From assembly GCA_951406725.2 (NCBI GenBank), contig OX597827.1:7254001-7318000 (forward strand): DNA of 64,000 nucleotides. Reading direction: 5' to 3'. A program made the position numbers and the translations under genes. Below, piece by piece: positions 1 to 13,139 of the stretch (position 1 is its first letter; each line of letters starts with the position of its first letter). The DNA is from Octopus vulgaris. Its lineage: Eukaryota. The notes beneath the pieces were generated by a model. It did not search any database. It had not been told where the DNA came from and saw only the letters and a program-made list of their open reading frames with translations.

Positions 1-313
1 CTGGTACTTAATTTATTGACCCCGAAAGGATGAAAGGCAATTTTGACCTCGGCGGAATTTGAACTCAGAATGTAATGGCAGACGAAATACCTATTTCCTT
101 ACTACCCACAAGGGGCTAAACACAGAGGGGACAAACAAGGACAGACAAACGGATTAAGTCGATTATATTGACCCCAGTGCGTAACTGGTACTTAATTTAT
201 CGACCCCGAAAGGATGAAAGGTAAAGTTGACCTCGGCGGAATTCGAACTCAGAATGTAACGGCAGACGAAATACGGCTACACATTTCATCCGGCATGCTA
301 ATGTTTCTGCCAG
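1..313 (-). mobile_element. SINE family A, dimeric, cut by window edge
   Basis: Two tandem copies of the cgaccccgaaaggatgaaaggcaaagtcgacctcggcggaatttgaactcagaa core. Confidence 0.85.
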
Positions 314-361
314 TACATATTTCTTAGTTTGGTACTTTTATTAATGTGTATTTGTCAATGG

Positions 362-695
362 TGAAGGCGCATGGTTCAAGTGGTTAGGGTGCTGGGCTCA
401 CAATTATGAGGTAGTGAGTTTGATTCCCAGACCAGGCTGTGTGTTGTGTTCTTGAGCAAGACACTTTATTTCATGTTGCTCCAGTTTACTCAACTGCAGA
501 AATGATTTGCAACATCACAGGTGCCAAGTCATATCAACCTTTGCCCTTTCCCTTGGACAACATCAGGCTGGTATGCATGGGTGACTGTTGGCCTTCCATA
601 AACAACTTTGCCCAGACTTGTGCCTTGGAAGGGAATTTTCTAGGTGCAATCCCATGGTCATTCATGATTGAAGGGGATCTTTATCCATTACCCAT
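362..695 (+). mobile_element. SINE family C with 13-bp TSD
   Basis: tRNA-like head, gtgttcttgagcaagacac core, TATTTGTCAATGG at 349-361 and 696-708. Confidence 0.85.
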
Positions 696-705
696 TATTT
701 GTCAA

Positions 706-1145
706 TGGCTGTGTGGTAAGAAGCTTGCTTCCCAACCACATGGTTCCAGGTTCAGTCCCACAGTGTGGCACCTTGGACAAGTGTCTTCTACTGTAGCCTT
801 AGGTTGACCAAAGCCTTGTGAGTTTATATAGCTGAGGGAAACTGAAAGAAGCCAGTAGTGTGTTTGTATGTATGTGTGTGTTTGTGTGTGTCTGTGTGTG
901 TGTGTGCATTTGTGTTTGTGTCTGTGTTTTTCCCCCACCTCCACCGCTTGATGAGTGTTGATGTTTACATCCCCTGTAACTTAGCAAGAGTTTGGCAAAA
1001 GAGACCAATAGAATAAGTACCAGGCTTAAAAAAAGGGGGAAAAGAATAAGTACTGGGGTTGATTCCCTGAAATAAAAATTCTTCAAGTTGATGCTCCAGC
1101 ATGGCTACATTCTAATGACTGAAACAAATAAAAGATAAAAGATAA
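706..1145 (+). mobile_element. SINE family B (tRNA head, CORE-like accttgggcaagtg, internal (TG)n)
   Basis: Matches other family-B copies through to gactgaaacaa...aaaga tail. Confidence 0.85.
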
Positions 1146-1207
1146 ACCCAAATGCAGTTGTTTTTTTTAGTCTCAATATAAAGACTGCACAGGCTTCTAT
1201 TTTTAAA

Positions 1208-1623
1208 GGCGGTGAGCTGGCAGAATCGTTAGCACACCGGGTGAAACGCTTTGTGGTATTTCGTCTGCCGCTGCATTCTGAATTCAAATTCCACCGAGGT
1301 CGACTTTGCCTTTCATTCTTTCAGGGTCGATAAATGAAGCACCGGTTATGCACTGGGGTTGATGCAATCGACTTAATCCATTTGTCTGTCCTTGTTTGTC
1401 ACCTGTGTGTTTAGCCCCTTGTGGGTAGTAAAGAAATAGGTATTTCGTCTGCCGTTACGTTCTTAGTTCAATTTCCGCTGAGGTTGACTTTGCCTCTCAT
1501 CCTTTCAGGGGTTGATAAATGAAACACCGGTTATGCACTGGGGTCGATGTAATCAACTTAATCCGTTTGTCTGTTCTTGTTTGTACCCTCTGTGTGTAGC
1601 CCCTTGTGGGTAGTAAAGAAATA
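1208..1623 (+). mobile_element. SINE family A dimer (full + head-truncated monomer)
   Basis: ggcggtgagctggcagaatcgttagc head; gcctttcatcctttc.gggtcgataaa core twice. Confidence 0.9.
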
Positions 1624-2053
1624 AGATATAGAGAATAGCACATACAAACAGATGCTTATAGACACACACACACACGTGCATGTGTGTGTGAAAGTGCTCT
1701 GCACAGTTTCCATCTATGAATTTCAGTCATGAGGTGTAAGTTGGTTTAAGGTATTAGCACAAAATGCTACATGGTGGAACAACAGCCACGACCATGTGGT
1801 GGTTGTTGGGGGTGAACTTCTTAACTACAACTTTACAGCCAAGTGTTTGCTTTTATATGCTTGTTGGAAACCTGTAATGAAGGATGCTATTGTTCACAAA
1901 TGTGATATAACATAAATAATAAAAAAAAGGAGATAGATAAATAAATAAATAAATATATAGATAATATAAATAAACTGACTTTTCCTGTAACAGTAAATAA
2001 GAGAATCATGCATCAAACATCAAATATATACACCAATACCTAACAATGAAAAC

Positions 2054-2067
2054 TAATAATAATGATG

Positions 2068-2146
<79 letters not shown>

Positions 2147-2242
2147 TGATAATAATAATGATAATAATAATGATAATAATAATAATAATTTATAATAATA
2201 ATAATAATAATAATAATTTATAATAATAATAATAATAATAAC

Positions 2243-2303
<61 letters not shown>

Positions 2304-2336
2304 TCAACAACATCAACAACAACAACCATAATAATG

Positions 2337-2380
<44 letters not shown>
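2054..2380. repeat. (AAT)n microsatellite
   Basis: Direct. Confidence 0.95.
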
Positions 2381-2444
2381 TATGAAATGAATAAATAAAT
2401 AGAAGAATCAGAGTAAAAAAAATCAACAATTCGTATCCGAGAAC

Positions 2445-4252
2445 CTGGTGAATCGTTGCATTCAATTTATTAAAACAAATTATCTGTACAAAATCTTTAC
2501 ATATTCTCTCCTAAACAGTTCTCATGTAAATCATATATCTCAGAGGGGTGCTTCAGCAAATTTATTGATATACAATTAAAGGCAATTCTCTGCTTAATCA
2601 GCATTCTGCTAGTGTAGTAGTATTCCATAAAAGTACATAGAGTTGTTCAACTGCTTTTTGTTATTTTTTTTCTTTTTTTTAGTAATATTATTACTTTTTC
2701 TTTTTTTTCTTTTCTCCTTTTTGGAAAGTTCTTTAGTTATATTCCTGATGTTATAAAAGATTTCAGAGAATGATTTTACTGAAAGCTACTGAATTACAGA
2801 ATGCGAGAAAATTACAAATTTTTTCTTTATTTTATTTTATTTTTTTTTTGTAATATATTTATTCATTGTTTCTATCTTTCAAACGGCATTGTGTATTATT
2901 TCCAAAACTGTGGTAAATCACACTTTTGGAAAATGTCAATATTTTGTCAATACATCGTATCTCTTAGTTTTCTGCTTGTGGTTTCATTTGGAACAAAATG
3001 CATTTTTTTTCTCCTTTTTTGAAAACAATATCATATATGATGACGGTTGATCTTTGACTTACAGGTAAAGCATTTTGGTATAAAACAGAAGAATGAAATT
3101 CAACTCTAGTACATAGCAGAAGTTAAGATATTATTAATTCATTTGATGGTAAATGTTTGAAAGGAGGGAAAAAAAATGTATGCATTGCATGTAATTCCAG
3201 CATTAGTCATTAAATTTTCCAGTCTGAGATTGGCATTCCCAATGGCATTTTATACTGTACAAGTAACAGTCCTTAAAAAAACAAAAAAAAACCAGAAAAA
3301 AAAACCATAGAAATAAATAAATATATAAACAGGATTAGGGAAATAAACCTCTGCTGACCTTAAACTCACAAATCAATTTGATAAAATGCCAAATAATTAG
3401 AGTCATCTGTACAAATCGTGTATTTCACAATTTAGAAAAAAAAAAAAAGGAAGAAAAAAAAAAACTGCTTGTCACTGTGTAAATGGATGTCACTTTTTAA
3501 CCCTGTGAATGAATGATGAATTATTTGTTAACCTGACCAAAGAATATTGAGGTATCTTCCAGAATCGAATCAAATATCTTAATTTTCTGATTTTATGTGG
3601 CAGAAAAGAACTGACAATGATTACAATGATTATATGGCAACAGACCATATTTTTGGTTGTCTCCTAAAGATGATTTCATTGTTGGATGGTTTATCAGTCA
3701 GATCCGATTCATGAACATCCATCCACAAAATAATGCATGCTATCCATCCATATTTCCTGCTCATCTATCTTTTTTTTAAAAATTTTTTCTTAATGTGTTG
3801 GCATAAAATTTATAACCTTCCAAAACTTAGCTTTTTGTTAATTTATATTGTTGTTCAAAGCCTTTTTTTTTTTTATATTGGTAAATATACTCCAGGAAAT
3901 TTTGTTTGAATACTGCATTATTATCATAATAGATTTGGTAATTTGTGTGACAGTTTTGTAATAAAGTAACAAAAGCGAATGAAATGATGCAATAATAAAG
4001 AAGTACAATAATGTAAAGGACTTAGGATAATGTAACGTGGATTACAGATTCTCTGAAACAGTATTTTTTTAGAGTCAATGATTATTTACACAAGGAAGTC
4101 CACTGATGTAAGAGATATTTTTTCTTTACTCAGATAAGGTGCAATTAGTCTTTATCAGAATATGAAACGATGGAATATGAAATGTTATTTTGATGGAAAA
4201 ATGTTGTAGAAAAAAATGTTAGTCAATATTTAGTTTGTAAGTTTGTATTATT
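2445..4252 (-). other. Probable ~1.8 kb 3' UTR of the minus-strand gene
   Basis: SINE-free AT-rich stretch directly after the stop; minus-strand AATAAA at 2471-2466 followed by U-rich sequence. Confidence 0.5.
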
Positions 4253-4533
4253 TTATGTATGTGTTACCTTTGGTACTGCAGGTAAAGGTTTAGAGTAAGT
4301 TGTAAAGCTGTTTCCTGTAGGTAAATTCCATGACTGTGTTGTAATATGTGGAACTTCACTGCCTACTCTAAAAGATTTGAGATCGATAACATCTGTGCAG
4401 GGAGTCTTTGGAACAACATTAGAATGGCAGGAAGAACTGGTAGTAATGACTGCATTTGATGGTCGACTAAGCTTTCTTGATAATATCTTCTTCTCCAGGC
4501 TTTGAGATTTTGCTAATTCACGAGGGCAAAATC
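4253..4533 (-). CDS. Candidate terminal coding exon of an unidentified minus-strand gene: (G)FCPRELAKSQSLEKKILSRKLSRPSNAV...YSKPLPAVPKVTHT*
   Basis: Minus-strand pyrimidine tract + AG (ctttttatctttttaaag|ga), then 2 nt + 93 codons ending in TAA, in non-repetitive sequence; phase-1 entry matches the exit of the 54835-54985 exon; no family recognised. Confidence 0.65.
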
Positions 4534-4669
4534 CTTTAAAAAGATAAAAAGAGATAAATGGTAATTAATAAAACAGCAAACATTTTAAGGTTGGTTTGAA
4601 AACAAATAACGGAATTGTAGTTTTATTAGTGTGCATATATAGGTAATAGAAAACAGTTTTGCTGTCATA

Positions 4670-5076
4670 GGCGCAGGAGTGGCTGTGTGGTAAGTAGCTT
4701 GCTAACCAACCACATGGTTCCGGGTTCAGTCCCACTGCGTTGCATCTTGGGCAAGTGTCTTCTGCTATAGCCCCGGGCCGACCAATGCCTTGTGAGTGGA
4801 CTTGGTAGACGGAAACTTAAAGAAGCCTGTCGTATATATGTATAAATATATGTGTGTGTGTGTGTGTGTGTGTGTTTGTGTGCCTGTGTTTGTTCCCCTA
4901 GCATTGCTTGACAACTGATGCTGGTGTGTTTACATCCGCGTCACTTAGCGGTTCGGCAAAAGAGCGACCGATAGAATAAGTACTGGGCTTACAAAGAATA
5001 AGTCGACAAAAGGCGGTGCTCCAGCATGGCTGCAGTCAGATGACTGAAACAAGTAAAAGAGTAAAAGAGTAAAGAG
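4670..5076 (+). mobile_element. SINE family B, young copy
   Basis: ggcgcaggagtggctgtgtggtaag head to aaagagt-repeat tail. Confidence 0.9.
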
Positions 5077-5354
5077 CTTTCTTAAGTACTTCATTGCTGA
5101 CATAACCAGACTCTCTGATAGTTACATGCACATAAAATGTATCTATTCCTGGCAGGTCGTTCATCACATTGACACTGAAGTCTGTATCAGATTTTATTTT
5201 TAATTCAAGACCACACAGTTATAAAATGGTTACCATGTTGATTTGCTCATATCAAATTATTTGTTTGTTGTTGTTGTTGTTTGACCCCAGGTCAGCCCAT
5301 ATCAAATAAACCTATACCCAGAGTCATACTATTTCAATGTGAGACAGTGTATCG

Positions 5355-5585
5355 TATTTCTTTATTGCCCACAAGGGGCTAAACACAGAGGGGACAAACA
5401 AGGACAGACAAAGGGATTAAGTTGATTACATCGACCCCAGTGTTTCACTGGTACTTAATTTATCGACCCCGAAAGGATGAAAGGCAAAGTCGACCTCGGC
5501 GGAATTTGAACTCAGAACATAGCGACAGACGAAATACCACTAAGCATTTTGCCCGGCATGCTAACGTTTCTGCCAGCTCAACACC
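5355..5585 (-). mobile_element. SINE family A
   Basis: Near-full reverse copy. Confidence 0.9.
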
Positions 5586-5924
5586 TGTATCTTGGACAAT
5601 GTTATCCAATGTATCCTTCTATTTAAAAAAATAATTCAAGACAATAAACTGTAATAATTACAATGGTTGAACTGTGATAATGATATCTTTGCTATAGAGA
5701 TTGTTATCCAAATGTTTATATCTTAAAAACACAGGATCCTCATATAAGAGATTATGAAGTGTTAATTTTGGTGCTACACTGTGTTGTATGGATAAGGTTG
5801 TTTGAGCGATACTTAAGCCCCAATACTGAAACTCTTCAGATAGCATGTAGAAAAATGTAATTATCTGGGAATATATATACATATGAAAGATAATAGTGAT
5901 AATTCATCAGATAAAATGTTAATA

Positions 5925-7211
5925 CATGGTGGCCCAGAAGTCACGAAGGGGTTTCAATATTTAATAACCTTTTTAATAATTATTCAATTTTTATTTTATT
6001 TCTGATTTATATAAAGAAGACCCTAAAATTTAAGCATGGAAAAATACGCTACCAAACAGCGAACACATTGTGAAATTTTATAACTAAAACCAAGGACTGG
6101 AACAATGGATTGCCTGATTGAACCAATGGTCAGGCGATTAACTGGTCATTTTGAGGATCAAGGATCAAGGATCAGTAAGTGACCTTCAAAGAATAGGTGT
6201 GGGATGATTTCAGAAAAAGTGATAGGACCTTATTTCTTTAAAAATGAGGATGGAGACACTGTTAGTGTTACTGGAAATGAATACAGCCCCATGATCTAGA
6301 ATTTCCTATGTCCAGCAGTTCAAGATATGCCTGGTATGTGGTTTCAGCAGGATAGAGCCACATCAAAGAACATAATGGAAATGCTCAGCCAAATTTTTGA
6401 TAGAAAATTACTTTCTCAATTGTCAGTGATAAATTGGCCATCTCATTTTCCAGATCTAACTGCTCCAGACTTTTTGCTATACTCTTTACTCTCTCTTTTA
6501 CTTGTTTCAGTCATTTGACTGCGGCCATGCTGGAGCACCGCCTTTAGTCGAGCAAATCGACCCCGGGACTTATTCTTTTTGTAAGCCCAGTACTTATTCT
6601 ATCGGTCTCTTTTGCCGAACCGCTAAGTGACGGGGACGTAAACACACCAGCATCGGTTGTCAAGCAATGCTAGGGGGACAAACACAGACACACAAACACA
6701 TATACACACATATATATATATATATACATATATACGACAGGCTTCTTTCAGTTTCCGTCTACCAAATCCACTCACAAGGCATTGGTCGGCCTGGGGCTAT
6801 AGCAGAAGACACTTGCCCAAGATGCCACGCAGTGGGACTAAACCCGGAACCATGTGGTCGGTTAGCAAGCTACTTACCACACAGCCACTCCTGCACCTAT
6901 GGGGCAATCTTAAGGAAAAAGTTTATGTCAACAAGCCTCAAACAATAGCAGATCTTAAAAAGGACATTAGAACAGAAATCAGATCACCGGAGCCACAAAT
7001 GTTAAGGGCTGTTATGGAAAACACCTTAAAAAGAGCACATTTATGCAAATTGGAAATTGGATGCCATTTAAAAGATGTCATCTTTCACACCCAAGGAAAA
7101 TAAATCTTGCATCCTTTTTCTATAATCTCCCTACTAAAATATCAGAATTTTTAAACAAAATAAATGAGGTATCAAATATTGAAACCCCTTCATGACTTCT
7201 GGGTCACCCTG
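5925..7211 (+). mobile_element. Internally deleted Tc1/mariner element, rosa/DD41D-like, interrupted by a SINE
   Basis: TIRs catggtggcccagaagtcacgaaggggtttcaatattt / aaatattgaaaccccttcatgacttctgggtcaccctg with TA flanks; IGPYFF, WFQQD, WPSHFPDLTAPDFL|WGNLKEKVYVNKPQTIADLK; 38 residues between last two Asp, consistent with 41 if a 3-residue deletion is assumed (inference). Confidence 0.88.
6481..6896 (-). mobile_element. SINE family B nested in transposase
   Basis: CTAT duplicated at 6477-6480 and 6897-6900; removal restores DFLLWG. Confidence 0.9.
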
Positions 7212-7259
7212 TACAACTTAAAGCACAGACTAGGTATAATTCAAGTCTTTTAATTAAAA

Positions 7260-7341
<82 letters not shown>

Positions 7342-7384
7342 ACACATACACACACACATACACACACACGCGCATGTGTATATA

Positions 7385-7434
<50 letters not shown>

Positions 7435-7654
7435 AAGAGAGAGAGAGAGAGATAAAGGGAGAAAGAGAGAGTATGTGAGAGAGAGTGTATGAGAGAGAGT
7501 GAGAAAGAGAGAATGAGACAAAGGGTGATAGGGAGAGAGGTTTTGAATTTAGTTCATTTGTGCAACATCTTGGGCTATCTCTACGATAACTCTGAGCCAA
7601 CAGTTGCCCTGTGAGTGAATTTGAATTTTGGTAGACAGAAACTGCATGTTTATA

Positions 7655-7865
7655 TCATCATCATCATCGTTTAACATCCGCTTTCCATGATAGCATGGGT
7701 TGGACGAATTACTGAGGGCTGGGGAACCAGATGGCTGCACCAGGCTTCAATCTTGATCTGGCAGAGTTTCTACAGCTGGATGCCCTTCCTGACGCCATCC
7801 ACTCCGAGAGTGTAGTGGGTGCTTTTATGCGCCACTGGCATGGGGCCAGTCAGGCGGTACTGGGA
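7655..7865 (-). mobile_element. Family D retroelement 3' end, (TGA)n tail
   Basis: catcatcgtttaacatccgctttccatg...cagctggatgcccttcct shared with many copies. Confidence 0.8.
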
Positions 7866-7946
7866 CTAAGCAACAACACCCCCTCCTCCTCCTCCTCCTC
7901 CTCATCATCATCATCATCATCACCACCACCACTACCACTATCACCA

Positions 7947-8735
7947 CCTGTAATCAAGGAGATAATGTCTATTGGCAAGTCTATGGGCTTCGAGGTTGAT
8001 GATGGGGACATTAACGATCTCATCAGGAGAGCTGATGACCAATGAACTCCTGCAGGTCCAGGAGTAGCAGCATTTGGGTGCAGTGGAAGAGATTGGTCTC
8101 CAGAGGAGGACAGTGTAGCAGAGAAGGCCATCTCTATCAGTGACAGAAAAGCAGTGTTGGCAAAGTGATAGTGTGTTTCTGAATTTATAGAAAAAGATCA
8201 TCCTGAAAAAGCATCTGCAATTCGTGCAGCTTCTTTATCTAATGACACTGCTCTGGCACATTTTCGTAACATTTTGAAAGGCAGGAAAAAGCAGACTTCT
8301 CTTCATAGGTTTCTAATGAAACCACTTGCAAGTTTGACAAGTGAAGAAAGTGTGTTCAAAACTCCAGAAATTGTCTTTCCTGAAGTCTTGATGGAAGGTG
8401 ATTCTCCTTTTAAACAATAATTCTCCTCTTCCCAACTCCATAATCTTCCTTACACACAAATTGCTCCATCTTTAAGGTAATTCAGTTAATAAAACTAGTT
8501 TGCGTATTTCTTTTGCATTCTCTTTTATTATGTATTTATAATTGCTATTTTCTTTGTAACTACACCTTTTCCATTTTAAAACCCATAAAAATTATTCTTG
8601 GGTGGTTTTGTAATGCTGGAATGAATTAATTATATTTTAATTAATCCCAATGGGGAAAATTGATTTGTAAACTGAGTAAATCATAAAACGAACTTGGTCA
8701 TGGAATGAATTTAACTCATACTGCGATATATCATC

Positions 8736-8736
<1 letters not shown>
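7947..8736 (+). mobile_element. Tigger/pogo transposon 3' fragment (TIGD1-like C-terminus)
   Basis: VIKEIMSIGKSMGFEVDDGDINDLI...EFIEKDHPEK...AHFRNILKGRKKQTSLHRF with stops/frameshifts; Tigger-like terminus before TA at 8737. Confidence 0.75.
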
Positions 8737-8781
<45 letters not shown>

Positions 8782-8789
8782 GTATGTCT

Positions 8790-8999
8790 GTATAATTGCA
8801 GCATGGAAGATGTTTATAAGCCATTTAAGAACACACAAAAACCCCATTAGATTCACTTCAACATTTAAATTTAATTTGTGTCAAAATATTTTTATCACTT
8901 TGAAACCATGACCTGTCCACTGACAAAACTTCGTGATGCAATATGATGTTTAAATGTTGAAGTGAATCTAATGGTTTTTTGTGTGATCTTAAATGGCTT
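8790..8999 (-). mobile_element. Short Penelope-like element with ~52-bp inverted repeat and decayed G3-C8 hammerhead-like motif
   Basis: 8818-8869 is the near reverse complement of 8949-8999; homologous to 43194-43345; core on minus reads GTGGACA with GAAA changed to AAAA. Confidence 0.6.
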
Positions 9000-10469
9000 T
9001 GTGTTCAAATACCACTGCCGCCTGTTTAGATGGTAGACTTAATCTGTTGCCTGGTTTAATTTTACAACTTAGCATCTTGTCATTTTTAGTGGAGTCCACT
9101 CTCTTGTAAGCACTGAGGTCAGGTCTTCAGTTTGAGGATGCTTTCCTCCTTTCTTCACACGAATCTTAGAAGTCTTGCAAATGGCCATAGGCATTATCCT
9201 CCCCAACTGACTTAAAGATATTAAAAAAAACAACAACATCGCTTAACAACTTTCTTTTTCTATTTTAAGACAGTATAGGTGTATTTTGAGGTTTTGGCTG
9301 TTATTTCTAGAATGCTGAGCAGCTGCAAAGAGACACCCCTCATCAAAATAGCTTGGTGAATTGTTGCATGTAGAATTAAGTGTTCTGACCAGGAACACAA
9401 TGAAGTATTATTCAAACCAGATATAAAATCACCAACTATGAACTAATAGTTCAATATATTTTTCACTCTGCTACTTCACCTCTGTATTTGTGTAGACTAA
9501 CCTCCCAGTATTGATTATTGGGTTCTTTATAATTTGGAAAGAATTTTTAATTAGCGATATGCTGTATTCTTATAGAATATCATGGTAACATTGATTATAT
9601 TCTATTATTCTACATTATATGATGGTATATTATGTTATATTCTATTATATTTTGTTATATTATACAATATCGTATTAATAAATGGATCTAATAGTGAAGT
9701 GCTAATTTACAGGAGAACTGAGTCAGTGAACTAGATTTCATATTTAGTTCATACCACTTGACTTTGTAAATAAGGCCTGAAGATCACATTTTCTCAATTT
9801 TCTTCATTCTTGAAAATAATTCAGTTTTGGTAAAAAGCTATTATATTTTATTAAAAAAAAAATAATGACAAAAATTCAAAACTTTGCATTATGGATAACA
9901 ATACCATTTCAAAATAATTTTTCCATGTTAGCAGAAATGGAATATCTTTTTGTTTTGGAAAATTAGAAACTATGGTGATAATTTGGAAAAATAGAAAATA
10001 TGGTGATAATTTTGCTTTCTGTATGGTTAAGAAGTCTGCTTCGTAACCATGTGGCTAATGTGCCCATTGCATGGCTCCTTAGCCAGTAGAGTTTATAGAG
10101 TAGATATCACTTTCAGGAAGGGCAAAGAAAGGGATAAGGGATTAGGGGGCAAAATTATGAGAGATTGAAAATTTTGCTTAAAAATATAAAAATCTTTCAG
10201 TGTTGTAATTTCTGTTTTAGGGAAATGTAGAGATACTAATAAAATATTAAGGGGGTAAAAAAATTGCCCCTTTCTGCACCATGAAGCAGTAATAGCAATT
10301 CCAAATTCCACCCTTTGACCAAGTGTCTCCTACTAGAGGTTTAGGCAGAGTGAAGTTGATAGACAAAAGCTGTTTTATACATACATACATACATACATAC
10401 ATACATACATACATACATACATACATACATACATGTATATATATTCATATATGTATATATGTATGTACA

Positions 10470-10683
10470 TACTTTTATTCTTTAATTATTTTATTTGTTT
10501 CAGTCATTTGACTGCAGCCATGCTGGAGCACTGCCTTTAGCCAAACAAACCGACCCCCAAGACGTATTTTTTGTAAGCCCATTATTTATTCTATTGGTCT
10601 GTTTTGCTGAACTGCTAAGTTACGGGTATGTAAACATACCAACATCAGTTGTTAAGTGATGGTAGGGGGACAGAGACATACAA

Positions 10684-10756
<73 letters not shown>

Positions 10757-10920
10757 CGATGGGCTTCTTTCAGTTTCTGTGAACCAAATCCACTCACAAG
10801 ACTTTGGTTTGCCCAAGGGTATAGTAGAAGGCACACTTGCCCAAGGTGCCATGCAGTGGGACTGAACTCAGAACCATATGGCTGAGAAGCAAACCTCTTA
10901 CCACACAGCCATGCCTGCAT
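10470..10920 (-). mobile_element. SINE family B
   Basis: Reverse copy with internal (CA)n/(TA)n. Confidence 0.85.
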
Positions 10921-11754
10921 CTATATATATGCATGCACACACACTCACACACACACACACATATATATATGTATATGTATAAGTATGTATGTATATATAT
11001 ATGTGTTTATACATATATATATATATATATTCATATATGTATATATATATGTGTGTGTGTGTGTATGCATGAGTATCTATGTATGCGTGCATGCTTGTAT
11101 GTAGACAAATGTGCGTATATATGTGTGTGCATGTGTGTGTTTGTACGTATCAGTTTCTCTATGTATCTTTACATTTGACATCCCATGCCATGCAGAATGG
11201 TTTCTCTGTTTATGTTCTGTAACTTAAGATAAATATAAATCTCTAAGATAAACACTGGACTAAAACCTTTCGAGACAGTGCTGCAGCATGTCCACATTCA
11301 AACGACTGAAATAAGAAAAAAGACTATTTACTTCATGGAGACTGAAAGCATTTTTCATATCTACTAATTGATAAGTATTTTATTCCTGGATGTTTACATA
11401 GAACTGGAACTTTAAGCGAGAATATTTATTTTATGATATCTAATATTTTATAAGTGTTTAATTTTTAATTCCTGGATGTGTATTTAGTTCTGGAACGGAT
11501 TCATATTCAGCCTTTATTTCTAATCTAAAGTCATAGTAACACTGTAATCCAATTCCAGTTCTGCTCAGTGTTTATCAGCTATTTCATTTATTATCCGATT
11601 AATTTATATACTTAAATTAAGTAATAAAAATTTCCTAGTTTAAATTCTTGTCAGAGTTAGTCTTATATTCTGAGCTGAAATCCTATCAAGTGCAACTTAA
11701 GGTCACTGGTGCTGGTAAAATTAAGAAGTGATAGGCACTGATGTCACGTATGTA

Positions 11755-12370
11755 GGTGCAGGCGTGGCTGTGTGGTAAGAAGTTTGCTTTCCAACCACAT
11801 TGAACTGGGTTCAGTCCCACTGCATGGCACTTTGGGCAGGTGACATCTACTAGAGTCTCAGGCTGGCCAAAGCCTTTTGAGTGGATTTGGTGGACAGAAA
11901 CTGAAAGAAGCCTATTGTATATACATACATGCATGCATACATACATACATACATACATACATACATACATACATACATACATACATACATACATACATAC
12001 GTCCATACATACATACATGCATGCCTACATACATACATACATGCATGCCTACATACATGCATACATAATACATATATATATATATAGAGAGAGAGATATA
12101 TATATATATATATGTTGTGTATGTGTATATATATATGTGTGTGTGTTTGTGTATGTGTGTGTGTGTGTATGTGTACCTTTGCATTTGTGTTTGTCCCCCA
12201 CCACCATTTGACAACCAGTGTTACTGTGTTTACGTCCCTGTAATTTAATGGTTTGGTAAAAGAGGCTGATAGAATAAATACCAGGCTTTAAAAAGTAATT
12301 AATACTGAGGTTGATTAATTAGTTTGTGACTAATCCTCAAAGCAGTGCCCCAGCATGGCCACAGTCTAAT
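11755..12370 (+). mobile_element. SINE family B with expanded internal microsatellite
   Basis: Head at 11755, (TACA)n/(TA)n/(TG)n middle, 3' part to ccagcatggccacagtc. Confidence 0.85.
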
Positions 12371-12494
12371 GAGCACATATTGTATCATACAATATCATAT
12401 TGATTTCAAATTTTGGCACAAAGCCAGCAATTTCAGGGGATGGGTATAAATCAACTACAGCAACCCCAGTCTTCAACTGATACTTATTTTACGC

Positions 12495-13130
12495 TCAACA
12501 GAGACTGCTGGGAAAGAAGTTCCTAACATTGGGCTATAACAAGTAACCTTAGATGCCAAGAACCCTTCTTAGTATCCTAGCTGTCCCTAATAACACTGTT
12601 TTCTGGAGCTGTACTGAACTGGGTTTTATGCCTATTTCTTCTATCCATCTGTTCAAATCTTTAGGGATAGTTCCAAATGAACCTATAACTACTGGGATAC
12701 ATTTTACCCACACTTTCCATAGTCTCTGTAAGTCAATGCTTAAGTCCTGGTACTTTACTATTTTCTCTATACCTCTCATATTTTCTTTCTTATCATTAAG
12801 GATTGTATAGTCAATTTTCTGGCACTTTCTGTTATCATTATCTACTACTAAATTATTCTTCTAGCTCCTATTATTCTGTCTGTCAGAATATTAAATTCCT
12901 ACAGCATCTTATATTTCTTACTTTCTAATACTTTACTAGGTTCACGTTTATACCATTTATCAGTATGATCAAATCCTAGCTTTTCTGTGCCAGCATGCTA
13001 CATTCACTGACTATATGAGTAACACTTCCCTCTTTTGATTTGCATAACCTACATTGGGAATTTACTTGGTTTTTGTCTATTTTGGCTTATATTCAATTAG
13101 TCCTTAATGCTTCATCTTGTGCTGTTACTA
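12495..13130 (-). mobile_element. Dong/R4-clade non-LTR retrotransposon 3' fragment (zinc knuckle + restriction-like endonuclease)
   Basis: AQDEALRTN, CRLC...HIVSEC, KYQDL...IPVVIGSFGTIPK...LQKTVLLGTARILRRVL. Confidence 0.85.
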
Positions 13131-13139
13131 ACTCTTATT

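Noticed and set aside
5085-5185. Short open minus-strand frame FSVNVMNDLPGIDTFYVHVTIRESGYVSNEV
   Set aside because: No pyrimidine tract and no convincing donor
6657-7103. 148-aa ORF
   Set aside because: Chance fusion of antisense SINE sequence with the transposase C-terminus
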